Assembly: GCA_002269645.1 (NCBI GenBank)
Contig: NIVC01001539.1
Span: forward strand, 124,001 to 188,000
Length of the DNA: 64,000 nucleotides
From: Macrostomum lignano
Lineage: Eukaryota
Reading direction: 5' to 3'
Position 1 is the first letter of the stretch, and each line of letters opens with the position of its first letter. The position numbers and the translations under genes are program-made. Positions 1 to 16,826 of this stretch are shown one piece after another. The notes under the pieces are model-generated. The model searched no databases and had not been told where the DNA came from. It worked only from the letters and a program-made list of their open reading frames with translations.

Positions 1-512
1 GAGAGTGAGACGGGGTGAGATAGTGAGACAGGGTGAGAGACAGGGAGAGAGAGTGAGACGGGGTGAGAGAGTGGGACAGGGTGAGAGACAGGGAGAGAGA
101 GTGAGACGGGGTGAGAGATTGGGACAGGGTGAGACAGTGAGACATGGTGAGAGAGTGAGACGGGGTGAGAGAGTGGGACAGGGTGAGAGACAGGGAGAGA
201 GAGTGAGACGGGGTGAGAGATTGGGACAGGGTGAGACAGTGAGACATGGTGAGAGAGTGAGACGGGGTGAGATAATGAGTCAGGGTGAGAGACAGGGGAA
301 GAGAGTGGGACAGGGTGAGACAGTGAGATATGGTGAGAGAGTGAGACGGGGTGAGATAATGAGTCAGGGTGAGAGACAGGGGAAGAGAGTGGGACAGGGT
401 GAGACAGTGAGATATGGTGAGAGAGTGAGACGGGGTGAGATAATGAGTCAGGGTGAGAGACAGGGGAAGAGAGTGAGACAGGGTGAGACAGTGAGACAAG
501 GTGAGAGAGAGT
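1..512. repeat. Degenerate GA-rich minisatellite (about 16-18 bp unit, e.g. GAGAGAGTGAGACGGGGT)
   Basis: Visible tandem periodicity; ORF 5..514 is only its translation (GERVRR repeats). Confidence 0.9.
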
Positions 513-894
513 AAAAAAAAGCTGACTGCTCTAGACAAAACGATGCTCCAAACTTCGGTGACCATTTCTGCCCAGAAAGGTGCATCAGTTCAGTAAAAAA
601 GGCTACGAATTCTGGTAGTTAATTAAGCAATCAGCTGAACTGGTCTGTCCCAAGTTGGTTTAATTCAGATCGTTAATAAACTCCCGGATTTGCATCGGAT
701 CGCTAGGCAGACTTAATTAACGACTCCGCCTGGCTGCCAGTGGAGCAGAGAATGGCGAATCAAATGCAGCTCATCAAAGAGCTCATCAAAAATCTCCTGC
801 TCGTACCCTGCCAACAGTCTAGGATTAAGAAGGTCCGGCCTGTCCTCCAAGCTATGAGACTGCAAGAGTCTGCAAATTTATTCAACTGGCTTTC

Positions 895-1550
895 TGTCCC
901 TGAGTCTCACTGTCTGACCCTGTCTCACTCTCACACTGTCTCACTCTCACCCTGTCGCACTCTCTCACCCTGTCTCACTCTCTCACCCTGTCTCACTGTC
1001 TCGCCCTGCCTCACTCTCTCGCCCCGTCTCACTCTCTCACCCTGTCTCACTGTCTCGCCCTGTCTCACTCTCACCCTGCCTCACTCTCTCGCCCCGTCTC
1101 ACTCTCTCGCCCCGTCTCACTCTCTCACCCTGTCTCACTGTCTCGCCCTGTCTCACTCTCACCCTATCTCACTCTCACCCTGTCTCACTCTCTCGCCCCG
1201 TCTCACTCTCTCACCCTGTCTCACTGTCTCGCCCTGTCTCACTCTCACCCTATCTCACTCTCACCCTGTCTCACTCTCTCACCCTGTCTCATTGTCTGAC
1301 CCTGTCTCACTCTCACCCTGTCTCACTGTCTGACCCTGTCTCACTCTCGCCCTGTCTCACTCTTTCACCCTGTCTCACTCTCACCCTGTCTCACTCTCAC
1401 CCTGTCTCACTCTCTCACCCTGTCTCACTCTCTCACCCTCTCTCACCCTATCTCACTCTCTCACCCTATCTCACTCTCTCACCCTATCTCACTCTCTCAC
1501 CCTATCTCACTCTCTCACCCTGTCTCACTCTCTCACCCTGTCCCTATTTC
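895..1550. repeat. CT-rich minisatellite, reverse complement of the array at 1-512
   Basis: Units such as CCCTGTCTCACTCTCTCA are the reverse complement of the GA-rich units at the window start. Confidence 0.9.
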
Positions 1551-1784
1551 ACTCATGGTCAGAGCCGTGACCATTAAGTCACGCTACTGATGCTGTCAAT
1601 CGCACATCAAAACACCAGCAGCCACACAGTTGCTTGCATCTCGCGCACAAGCCCTACAAGAGACTGTCAGTTCCCCCAGCCCATACTCGTAATTACTTAC
1701 TTACTTACTACTGACGGGGGGCGCAGGCGCCGCGAATAGGCCGCGAGGCCCCTATCGCAACCCCAAGGTAAAAGAGCACAAGGA

Positions 1785-6508
<4,724 letters not shown>

Positions 6509-6890
6509 TTAGCGCAGTGCAAGTCTCGCAGTCTCTCTGGGCTTTGGTCCCCTGTGCCAGCAGTGGATTTCAAACAACCACCAACTGCATTCCAGCTCGG
6601 AGTCAGCTGTCTGGCTTGACAACTCGGCCATGAGAGAGAGAAATGGAGAGGGGGCAAGACAGGATCCGAAAGATGCTGGAATTTTAGCGCGGCAGAATTA
6701 CGTATCGACAAAGGCGGAGTTTTTCGGACGGTACAAGCTAGAACGTTTCACCGGCGGCTCGGAAGAGAGGGGAGGTCAAGGAGGCCCACTAACGACCGTC
6801 TGGAGTGCGGTCCTTTCCTCTCAGACCTTAGTTTTCAGACAATTACTTACACAGTCAAAGCTCTTTCAGGGTGTACATGTACAGCTAAAA

Positions 6891-7167
6891 GGAGGTTGTA
6901 GCCCAGTGGTTAGAGCGTCGGACTCGCGACTGAAAGGTCGGGAGTTCGATTCCCGATTCCATTGGAACAATTTGTGTCCTTGAGCAAGACACAAAACTCT
7001 GCATTGCTTCAGTTCACTCGGCTGTAAAATGGGTAATTGAAGATGTGTGTGGCGACCCCCCCCCCCCGGTCCTTGCCTTCAGATGCGCCGCGCAATAGCT
7101 GCGGCTGAGCTGTCGGTTGCACATCTGTCTCAATTGGAGCAGGTGTAATCAGTTATTATTATATATT
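6891..7167 (+). mobile_element. tRNA-derived SINE with MIR-like CORE domain
   Basis: A box TAGCCCAGTGG (6899-6909); B box GAGTTCGATTCC (6942-6953); CORE-like TGTGTCCTTGAGCAAG...CTTCAGTTCACTCGGCTGTAAAATGGG (about 6972-7033); AT-rich tail (ATT)n near 7154-7167. Confidence 0.8.
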
Positions 7168-7911
7168 CAGTAGATGGCACTGAATGGAATCCTTAGTGTG
7201 TGAAAATCAAGTTCTAGGTCGCGATGATTGCGCACTCCAGACTCTCAGTTCTAAATCTCCCTGGCCGAAGGCGGAAACAGCTGCATATGGCACCGGCGCT
7301 TCTCTCATTCTTTCCTCCTAAATATTCCCCTTTTTCCATCCGCTGTTTGGTTGCCATGCCAAGGGGTTGTGTGGAGAGGCGGGGCAAATCCCAAATCCCT
7401 TTCCTTCCAAGGGTAAGCGCCCCCCCGCTGACATTTCAAAAGCTACCGAGGCCGCCCCCAGCCTCTCCAGCCGGAACACTCGCGCCACTAGCGGCTCGGT
7501 AACAGAAACAGCCTCTCTGCAGATGCAGGGGGAGACTGAGAGAGGGGCGAGTTTTCCGCATTCCAGCAATCTCTGCATAACCCGTGTTGGAAATTCGCGA
7601 TTGTCCTGCCCCGCCACCCCACGGCTAACAACTGGCCTCGGTCAGGGTTCGGCCGGCTCGCGAGCGCGCCGCGCCTGCCCGATCATTAGCAGGTTGGAGG
7701 CGTCCCGCTGTGCGTTTGGGCTGGGCGGCCGCTTCCAGCTGCTACTGCCGCCCATCCAGCAATAATATAACAGCTATAATCTGATAGCCATTGTCTGCCC
7801 TGATCGGAGCTGCCCCCCTGATTTATTGTGTCCGCTGATCACCGATTTGTTTCAACTGCTGCCGGCCATATATCACTCTTATAGAGAGCTTCACCGGCGC
7901 TGAAGTACCGA

Positions 7912-8485
7912 AGTCTCACCCTCTCACCTGTCTCACCCTCTCACCTGTCTCACCCTCTCATCTGTCTCACCCTCTCACCTGTCTCACCCTCTCACCTGTC
8001 TCTCTCTCACCCTGTCTCTCTTTCACCCTGTCTCACTGCCACCCTGTCTTACTCTCTCACCCTGTCTCACTCTCACCCTGTCTCACTCTCACCCTGTCTC
8101 ACTCTCACCCTGTCTCACTCTCACCCTGTCTCACTCTCACCCTGTCTCACTCTCACACCCCGTCTCACTGTCTCACCCCGTCTCACTCTCTCACCCTGTC
8201 TTACTCTCTCACCCCGTCTCACTGTCTCACCCCGTCTCACTCTCTCACCCTGTCTCACTGTCTCGCCCCGTCTCACTGTCTTACCCTGTCTCACTCTCTC
8301 ACCCTGTCTCACTGTCTCACCCAGTCTCACTCTCTCGCCCCGTCTCACTCTCTCACCCTGTCTCACTGTCTCACCCTGTTTCACTGTCTCGCCCTGTCTC
8401 ACTCTCTACCCCTGTCTCACTCTCTACCCCTGTCTCACTCTCACCCTGTCTCACTATCACCCTGTCTCACTCTCAGCCTGTCTAA
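7912..8485. repeat. CT-rich minisatellite, same family as 895-1550
   Basis: Tandem CTCACCCTGTCTCACT units. Confidence 0.9.
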
Positions 8486-9804
8486 TCTCAATTTAAAACA
8501 CACCAAGACGCGCAAGCCGCAGTGAAGTTGTTAGTCTACACATACTAAAGACACACGCAATAGAATCGGTGAACATCTTCATGTATTTATATTTAAATAT
8601 AATTATCATTTCTTTGACATTCCAGCTGACCCAGCTTAGGTTAGCAATGTCAAATCATACGCCTGTGACGGGACACTTGAGAAAAGTTTGGATGCACAAG
8701 CAAACATTTTATCTTATTCAATATTAGCAGAGCTTATTAATTCATCCATGTTTGAAGCGGTACTGCATAGATACAGAGCTACATATTATTTGTGTGGGGA
8801 GACACGGGTGCGCTGGCGGACAAGCAATGACAGACAAGAGATTTCTGGGCGCGAAGCGGTGTCAGGGAGGGTGGGGAACCGTTGCTTTATCAAAGCCAAA
8901 GCGAAAGAGAAAGATTTAAAAAACACACGGCACAGAGAGTGTCCTCAACAAAGACTGACAAACATGTAGTCTTGAGATTTTCAATATTATTTATGCAAAG
9001 CGAAAAACTTACAATAGGCAAATAGACGGGTTGAAACTGAACATCTTTGCTGAGATGTTATTAATTTGTCAATAGCGCTGAGCGCTTGACTGGCGGAGCA
9101 AAGTGAACTGTGAATAAACAGGAACAAGAGACCCTCAGCGGCACTTCAGCAGTCTCTGTCTCTCCCTCTCCCTCTCTCCCTCTCTCCCTCTCTCTCTCGT
9201 TAGCGCAAAAATCACCAACAACTCAGAAAGCCACCCGCGCCTCAAACAAAAGCAATTGCTGTGTTCAGAATGCGTTCGAGTAGCTTTGAGTTGCTTCGGG
9301 AGAGAAACATGTACAGATTATGTGAGCGATGGGATTTTGGGAGCGGGAACAATGGCTATCTGACAATGCGACATATTTATATTGTATACCGGCCAAACAA
9401 TGCCCCTAGAGTTAATACCATGGAAGTTATGGGAAGTATGCTCGAATGGGATAAAAATTGAGTCATCGAGTCGCCGGCAGGATCCGGGAACGTGGGGGGG
9501 GGCGTTGGAGAAGGATGCGGGCCAAGCCAGGTCCATCCATCATCCTGCTTTCCCGCCGGTGTCTGCGGCGAAACAATGCAGTCTCCGGGTTGCACAAGGG
9601 CTAGGGAAGGAAAGGGAGAGACAAAGAGAGAGATCGAGAGAGGAGGAGAGTGGGAGAGGGAGAGAGGGAGAGGGAGAGAGAGAGGGAGAGGGGGAGAGAG
9701 AGAGTAATCAAGATAGTGTTAAGATGCTCTGTTAATCCGGGGATTAAGCTGCTCGGTACGAGGGGGAATCGAATGGTTAGGAACAGTCAGTCGGTTTTTC
9801 GGCG

Positions 9805-12800
9805 TTACGACAGCAGGTCGGGCGACACAACGGAGACGCCCTCAGCGGCTACGGCAGCCGCGGCCGCGGCAGCTGCCGCCGCAGCCGCCGCAGTCGAATG
9901 ATGATGAAGATGATGCTGGTGCTGGTGATGCTGGTATCCTTGATGATGCGAGCTGGGCCCGACAGCGTGATGATGCAGCGACTGCTGCTGCTGCTGCGGC
10001 TGCTGCGACTGTGGCGGCGGCGAAACTGCCTGCTGGCCGATGCTGCCGCCGCCGTACATGTAGTGGGCCGCCGAGGCGGCATGGGCGGCAGACATCATCA
10101 TGTGCGGATGCTGGAAGCCGGCCAGCATGTCCTGGCCAGGGTAGGCCGCGTGATGATAACCCTGGTAGGACAGGGCGGCCGCCGCTGCCGCGCTGGGGAA
10201 GCCTGCGGATTGTGAGCGATGTGGATTTATGGTTTGGGATCTGGGATCTGGAATCTGGAATTTGGGATATGAGATTTGGGATCTGGTATTGGGGATCTGG
10301 GATTTGGGATGTGGGATTTGGGATCTGGGATTTGGGATCTGGGATTTGGGATGTGGGATTTGGGATCTGGGATTTGGGATCTGGGGTTTGGGATCTTTGG
10401 CTGAATCACAAATGTACTGCTTTATATTTAAGTTTGAATTTTGATGGTTGATTATCTCAGTCGATAGAAAGGCCAATTCTCACCTGCTCTGCCGTAGGCC
10501 AGCTGCTGCGTCTCCATGGCATAGGGCGAATAGGCGGCTTCTTCTGGACTGTAGCCGTGGGGTCCTGAGGTTCGGGATTGTTGCAAGAGATTATGAATTT
10601 ATCACGGGAATTCGGGTCCTAAATGGCCAATAATTATTTGGAATTGATTGGGGAAATGAATAATGGGACTTATGATTCGGGAATTGAATTCGAGATTTGG
10701 AAATCGGATTTGGGATTCGGGAATGGGATTTGGGATTCGGGAATGGGATTTGGGATTCGGGAATGGGATTTGGGATTCGGGAATGGGATTTGGGATTCAG
10801 GAATGGGATTTGGGATTCGGGAATGGGATTTGGGATTCGGGAATGGGATTTGGGATTCGGGAATGGGATTTGGGATTCGGGAATGGGATTTGGGATTCGG
10901 GAATGGGATTTGGGATTCGGGAATGGGATTTGGGATTCAGGAATGGGATTTGGGATTCGGGAATGGGATTTGGGATTCGAGAATCCAATTTGGGATTTAG
11001 TTGGGATTTTCGGGTATGGGACTGGGATTTAGGTAGCAGGAATTGTGGAATTTAAGAACGAAATTTTCTTGTTTGAAATCAGTTTTTGAATTTGATAAAT
11101 TGTGACAAATTTTTCCGATTTAAAATTTGTTTTTTTTCAATTGCTACAAGTTCAGCTGCCGTCTGCAGTGCCAACAGCCCAGCTGTCCGAATCCCACCCG
11201 CTGCCCCGTTGTCGGATTTGATTTTGCTGTGAGATCCTTGAGCAGGATATTGGGCGCGATGAGGTTGTGACAGATTTATGAGCTCCGGGCGGTCAGCAGT
11301 GGGGATCACCTGGGGGGAGCGGCTCTTCCGCCATTGATTTTCCATTTTCTAGCGTGTTTTTTTCAGTTTCAGAAAAACTCGTCAGTTTTTTTGCTGACTC
11401 TTTTTCTAAAATTGTCTGTCTTTCTCTCGCTGAGGGGGGGGGCAGCGGATCCGAACCCCAGCCCCCCCCCCGCTTTCAGACAATTGTAAGCTATGCATCT
11501 GCCCATGCCAGCCTGGTTTTTGAAAAGCTAGATTGGCCAATTGCATTCGACGTAGAAAAATAAAATTTTGTTTTAATTGACTAAACAGTGACTTTAAGAG
11601 GGAGCGGAGGGAGCGGAGGGAGCGGAGGGAGCGGAGGGAGCGGAGGGAGCGGAGGGAGCGGAGGGAGCGGAGGGAGCGGAGGGAGCGGAGGGAGAGTAGG
11701 GAGCGGAGGGAGCGGAGGGAGCGGAGGGAGCGGAGGGAGCGGAGGGAGCGGAGGGAGAGTAGGGAGCGGAGGGAGCGGAGGGAGCGGAGGGAGCGGAGGG
11801 AGCGGAGGGAGCGGAGGGAGCGGAGAGAGCGGAGAGAGCGGAGGGAGCGGAGGGAGCGGAGGGAGCGGAGGGAGCGGAGGGAGCGGAGGGAGCGGAGGGA
11901 GCGGAGGGAGCGGAGGGAGCGGAGGGAGCGGAGGGAGCGGAGGGAGCGGAGGGAGCGGAGGGAGCGGAGGGAGCGGAGGGAGCGGAGGGAGCGGAGGGAG
12001 CGGAGGGAGCGGAGGGAGCGGAGGGAGCGGAGGGAGCGGAGGGAGCGGAGGGAGCGGAGGGAGCGGAGGGAGCGGAGGGAGCGGAGGGAGCGGAGGGAGC
12101 GGAGGGAGCGGAGGGAGCGGAGGGAGCGGAGGGAGCGGAGGGAGCGGAGGGAGCGGAGGGAGCGGAGGGAGCGGAGGGAGCGGAGGGAGCGGAGGGAGCG
12201 GAGGGAGCGGAGGGAGCGGAGGGAGCGGAGGGAGCGGAGGGAGCGGAGGGAGCGGAGGGAGCGGAGGGAGCGGAGGGAGCGGAGGGAGCGGAGGGAGCGG
12301 AGGGAGCGGAGGGAGCGGAGGGAGCGGAGGGAGCGGAGGGAGCGGAAGCGAAATTCCTGGAATTCAACGATTCGCATCACTAAACAATCAGCCCGCAGTT
12401 GTCTGGAAGCAAGGGCTTAGGGGGAAGCTGCTGCGACTCCAGACTCTGGCCCTGGGTCTCCTTGGGCGGCCACTTTGAGCCCCCATCATTGCAGGAGGCT
12501 ACAATTCCAAATCCGACTGAGCTTTGAGCAGCCCCCCCCCCAAAACCCCCGATCCAAGGCCAAGCCCGGCTGGTCCCAAGGCGGAAGTTCAAGCAGCGCG
12601 GCCGATCAATCAAAAAAGCGAGGCTGGCGGAGGTTTGACAATAAAATTGGCGCGCCACCAGCAGCCAGCCATCCAGACAGACACAGGCCGCGCCTGAGTC
12701 CGTAATAAGCGGTATCGTTTCACTGGAGCTGCTCTCTCTTTCACATGCACACACAGTGAGTGAATAGAGAAGCAGACCATTGCAGAGCGTATTTTTCTGC

Positions 12801-15800
12801 TGGGTCATTCAGTGGGCGTCATTTCTATGCTATCATTGGGGGGGGGGGGGCGACAGTCCTCGGTCTCGCTATGGCACAGTTAATTGGGGGAGGCGAGCTG
12901 GTGCGAACTGGGTGGCCCGCCCTGTGTTTATGGATAATTATCAATCACTGATAATAATTTATCCCTTTGATTTTTTCCTGCGGTCGCCGGCGGCCAACGG
13001 GCAGACGCAAGACAATGAGTGCGAGAGCGGAGTTGATTTAGGATGCCAGGCTGCGATCCGGTATTTGGGATTTGGGATTTAGGAGCTGGAAGCTTCGAAA
13101 TATGTCATTTAAGATTGGGATCTGGGATTTGGAATATTGGATTTGGGATTTGAGATTATAGATTATGACTTGGGATTTGGAATATTGGATTTTGGATTTG
13201 GGATCTGGGATTTGGGATCTGGGGTTTGGGATTTGGGATCTGGGATTTGGGATCTGGGATTTGGGATCTGGGATTTGGGATCTGGGATTTGGGATCTGGG
13301 ATTTGGGATCTGGGATTTTGGATTTGGGATCTGGGATTTGGGATCTGGAATTTGGGATCTGGAATTTGGGATCTGGGATCTGGGATTTGGGATCTGAGAT
13401 TTGGGATATAGGATTTGGGATCTGGGATCTGGAATTTGGGATTTGGGATTTGGGATCTGGGATTTGGGATCTGGGATTTGGGATCTGGGATTTGGGATCT
13501 GGGATTTTGGATTTGGGATCTGGGATTTGGGATCTGGAATTTGGGATCTGGAATTTGGGATCTGGAATTTGGGATCTGGGATCTGGGATTTGGGATCTGA
13601 GATTTGGATATAGGATTTGGGATCTGGGATCTGGAATTTGGGATTTGGGATTTGGGATCTGGGATCTGAGATTTGGGATATAGGATTTGGGATCTGGGAT
13701 CTGAGATTTGGGATATAGGATTTGGGATCTGGGATCTGAGATTTGGGATATAGGATTTGGGATCTGGGATTTGGGATATAGGATTTGGGATCTGGGATCT
13801 GGGATTTGGGATCTGGAATTTTGAATCTGGGATTTGGGATTTGTGATCTACGATTTGAATCTGGGATCTGCGATTCGGAATCTGATATTTTGGGTTAAAG
13901 TCTATCGTTGAAATATCTTGCATTAGGACTCTTTGTTTGCAATATTGGTCACTGATTATATTTGAAACAAACAAACATTGTAATTAATCAGTTGGAAAGA
14001 CAGTCTCACCTGCTCGATTTGATTGGTCAATCATTGGCTGGACAATTCTTCTCCTGGCGTTGATGAACCTGAAGAATCGTTAATAATGTCATGTTAGCAT
14101 ACTGTGAGGACAGGTACAGTCAGGTACACAGATGCGGGCCGCTCACCAATTGTTCACCTGCAGTATGGTCAGACCGGTGTCCGAGGCCAGCTGTTTCTTC
14201 TGCTCCTCAGACGGGTAGGGATGCTGAAATCGGATGAGGTTGGGGATTTAGCTGGGTTGATGGTGAGTCCCTGAGAGTTAAAGTATAATTTTCTCCTCAC
14301 ATTGAGATGCTGGAACAGCCAGGCGCGCATAATGTTGGTGGCGCATTTCGGGAAGATGCCGCGCTTCTTCTGCCGTTTGGCGCCTTTCTCGTCCGCATCG
14401 AGATCGTCCGTGTTCTCGCCGCTGCCCACGGAGTTGTCCATGCCGTCGCCTGCGGGGCCGTGGAAAATTTGGGTTGAACCTCATATTGGAGCTGAGGCAG
14501 CGGAGTGAAGAGGAGGGAGCGGAGATAACAGAATGAGCGGAGAGAGCGGAGATAACAGAATGAGCGGAGAGAGCGGAGGGAGCGGATGGAGCGGAGGGAG
14601 CGGAGGGAGCGGAGGGAGCGGAGATAACAGAATGAGCGGAGAGAGCGGAGGGAGCGGAGGGAGCGGAGAGGGCGGATGGAGCGGAGGGAGCGGAGGGAGT
14701 GAAAGGAGCGGAGATAACAGAATGAGCGGAGAGAGCGGAGGGAGCGGAGGGAGCGGAGAGGGCGGATGGAGCGGAGGGAGCGGAGGGAGTGAAAGGAGCG
14801 GAGATAACAGAATGAGCGGAGAGAGCGGAGGGAGCGGAGAGGGCGGATGGAGCGGAGGGAGCGGAGGGAGTGAAAGGAGCGGAGATAACAGAATGAGCGG
14901 AGAGAGCGGAGGAGCGGAGAGGGCGGATGGAGCGGAGGGAGCGGAGGGAGTGAAAGGAGCGGAGATAACAGAATGAGCGGAGATAGCGGAGGGAGCGGAG
15001 GGAGCGGAGAGGGCGGATGGAGCGGAGGGAGCGGAGGGAGTGAAAGGAGCGGAGATAACAGAATGAGCAGAGGGAGCGGAGGGAGCAGAGGGAGCGGAGG
15101 GAGCGGAAGGAGAGTAGGGAGCGGAGTCAGCTTGGTGAGGGTGGTGGTGAGAAATGCATGGGAGTCCTGAAGTCCGTTACCTACCAAATATCTCTTTCGC
15201 AGCTGGTTGGCCATCTTAGGCAGGATATTTTTAACAATTTAGTTCACGCGCTTCAAAGCACGGGCTGATTATACGGACTGTCTCTCTTAGCTTTGAGTAT
15301 CGAGTCACGGCCTCTACCGATTTCGAGTTGTTGAGGGGTAGTTATAATCGTTTCAAGGTAGAGAGAGGGAGGCAGGGAGCGGCGCCAGTCAATATTTGAG
15401 CAAAGTTTGCCGGTGCGCTAAGAGAAACGGGCGAGAGAGAGAGAGAGGGGTAGAGAGAGAGAGAGAAAGAAGGGAGACGGAGATGGGGCTACAGACCAGT
15501 CTGCAGTCTGCCGGTTTCCCAGACTCTCTCCTTCGTCTCTGTATTTGCGTCGGCCTCTCAAATCGGGACTCTATGGGGTCAGGAGAATCAAGTGGTAACA
15601 GAGTCTCAGCAGCGCCCCCCACCAATGTTGACATTTGTTGCTAGAGAATCTCTATTACACAATGCATATAAAACTTAGAGGCTGGCCTCTCGTTGGGATT
15701 AAGAAGCAATTTGGAGTATCGAAGAGTTGAGTAGATTTGAGTAGGGGGGGGGGGTTGCGGCTGGGCAGAGGGGGCCATCCATCACCCCGGGCGTGTACGC

Positions 15801-16795
15801 ATCTGGATTTTGCGAGTTTCGCTCTTCATCAGTCAGCAGCCTCTTCATCTGTACTCATTTGCACTCATTTGACTTTCTCTACCGAATGCGCTGGCCAGTT
15901 TATTAATTCCTTCTCCGAGCTTTTCTTAATCCCAATCTCCATTAAAACTGGGATTTAAAAAAAACAAATCCCAGGTAACTCAACGCCTGTCACGGACAGC
16001 AGCTACAAGGACGCTGATGATGCCGAGCTGTCAGCGCCAACTTTCAACTGTCTGTCCCAGGCTGTAATCCCCCCCTGGATTATCTAGTCACAGATTATTT
16101 ACTTTTCTTCACCGAGTGAGTTGATCAGCCGAGGATGTCTCATTGCGGCGGATCTGCTAATTAACTACTGATTAGACTCTAATCTGCTTAATGAGCCGGC
16201 TCCGACTGACCTATGACTGACACATGACTGATCCATGAATAACACATACTGATCCATGACTGACCCATGACTGACCTATGACTGACACACTACTGACCCA
16301 TGACTGACCTATGACTGATCCATGACTGAAACATGACTGACGCATGACTGACACATGACTGATCCATGACTGATCCATGACTGACACATGACTGACACAT
16401 GACTGACCTATGACTGATCCATGACTGATCCATGACTGACACATGACTGACACATGACTGACACATGACTGACCTATGACTGATCCATGACTGATCCATG
16501 ACTGACACATGACTGATCCATGACTGACACATTACTGACCCATGACTGACACATGACTGACCTGGACTATCCCGGCCAGGGCGCCAGCAGCCCTCCGGCG
16601 AATATTATTGTTATTACTACGAGTGACCCACTACTGACCCATGACCCAATCAAGACTGACCCATGTCCGAGCTGGTGTCCGGCTGCGAGCAGTGACTGTC
16701 CAGCCTGGGTCCGGGCGTGTCGCCTGAGCGAGTCGACTGCGAGTCGTTGTCGGGCATCGCCATGGGGGCCAACTGGTGCATGGCGAACATCTGCT

Positions 16796-16826
<31 letters not shown>

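Noticed and set aside
6891-6960. tRNA gene (also at 42730-42800 and 55525-55590)
   Set aside because: A and B boxes are present, but the acceptor and anticodon stems are imperfect and each head runs into a SINE body.
11406-12478. Long ORFs (SLR, GGS and APS repeats)
   Set aside because: They are translations of a 9-bp intronic tandem repeat that lacks stops; there is no coding signal. The same applies to ORFs at 5-514, 740-1333, 13156-13974, 14297-15214, 25303-25938, 31585-32544 and 34537-35459.
13065-13875. Interstitial telomeric repeat
   Set aside because: The monomers are GGGATCT/GGGATTT, not TTAGGG.
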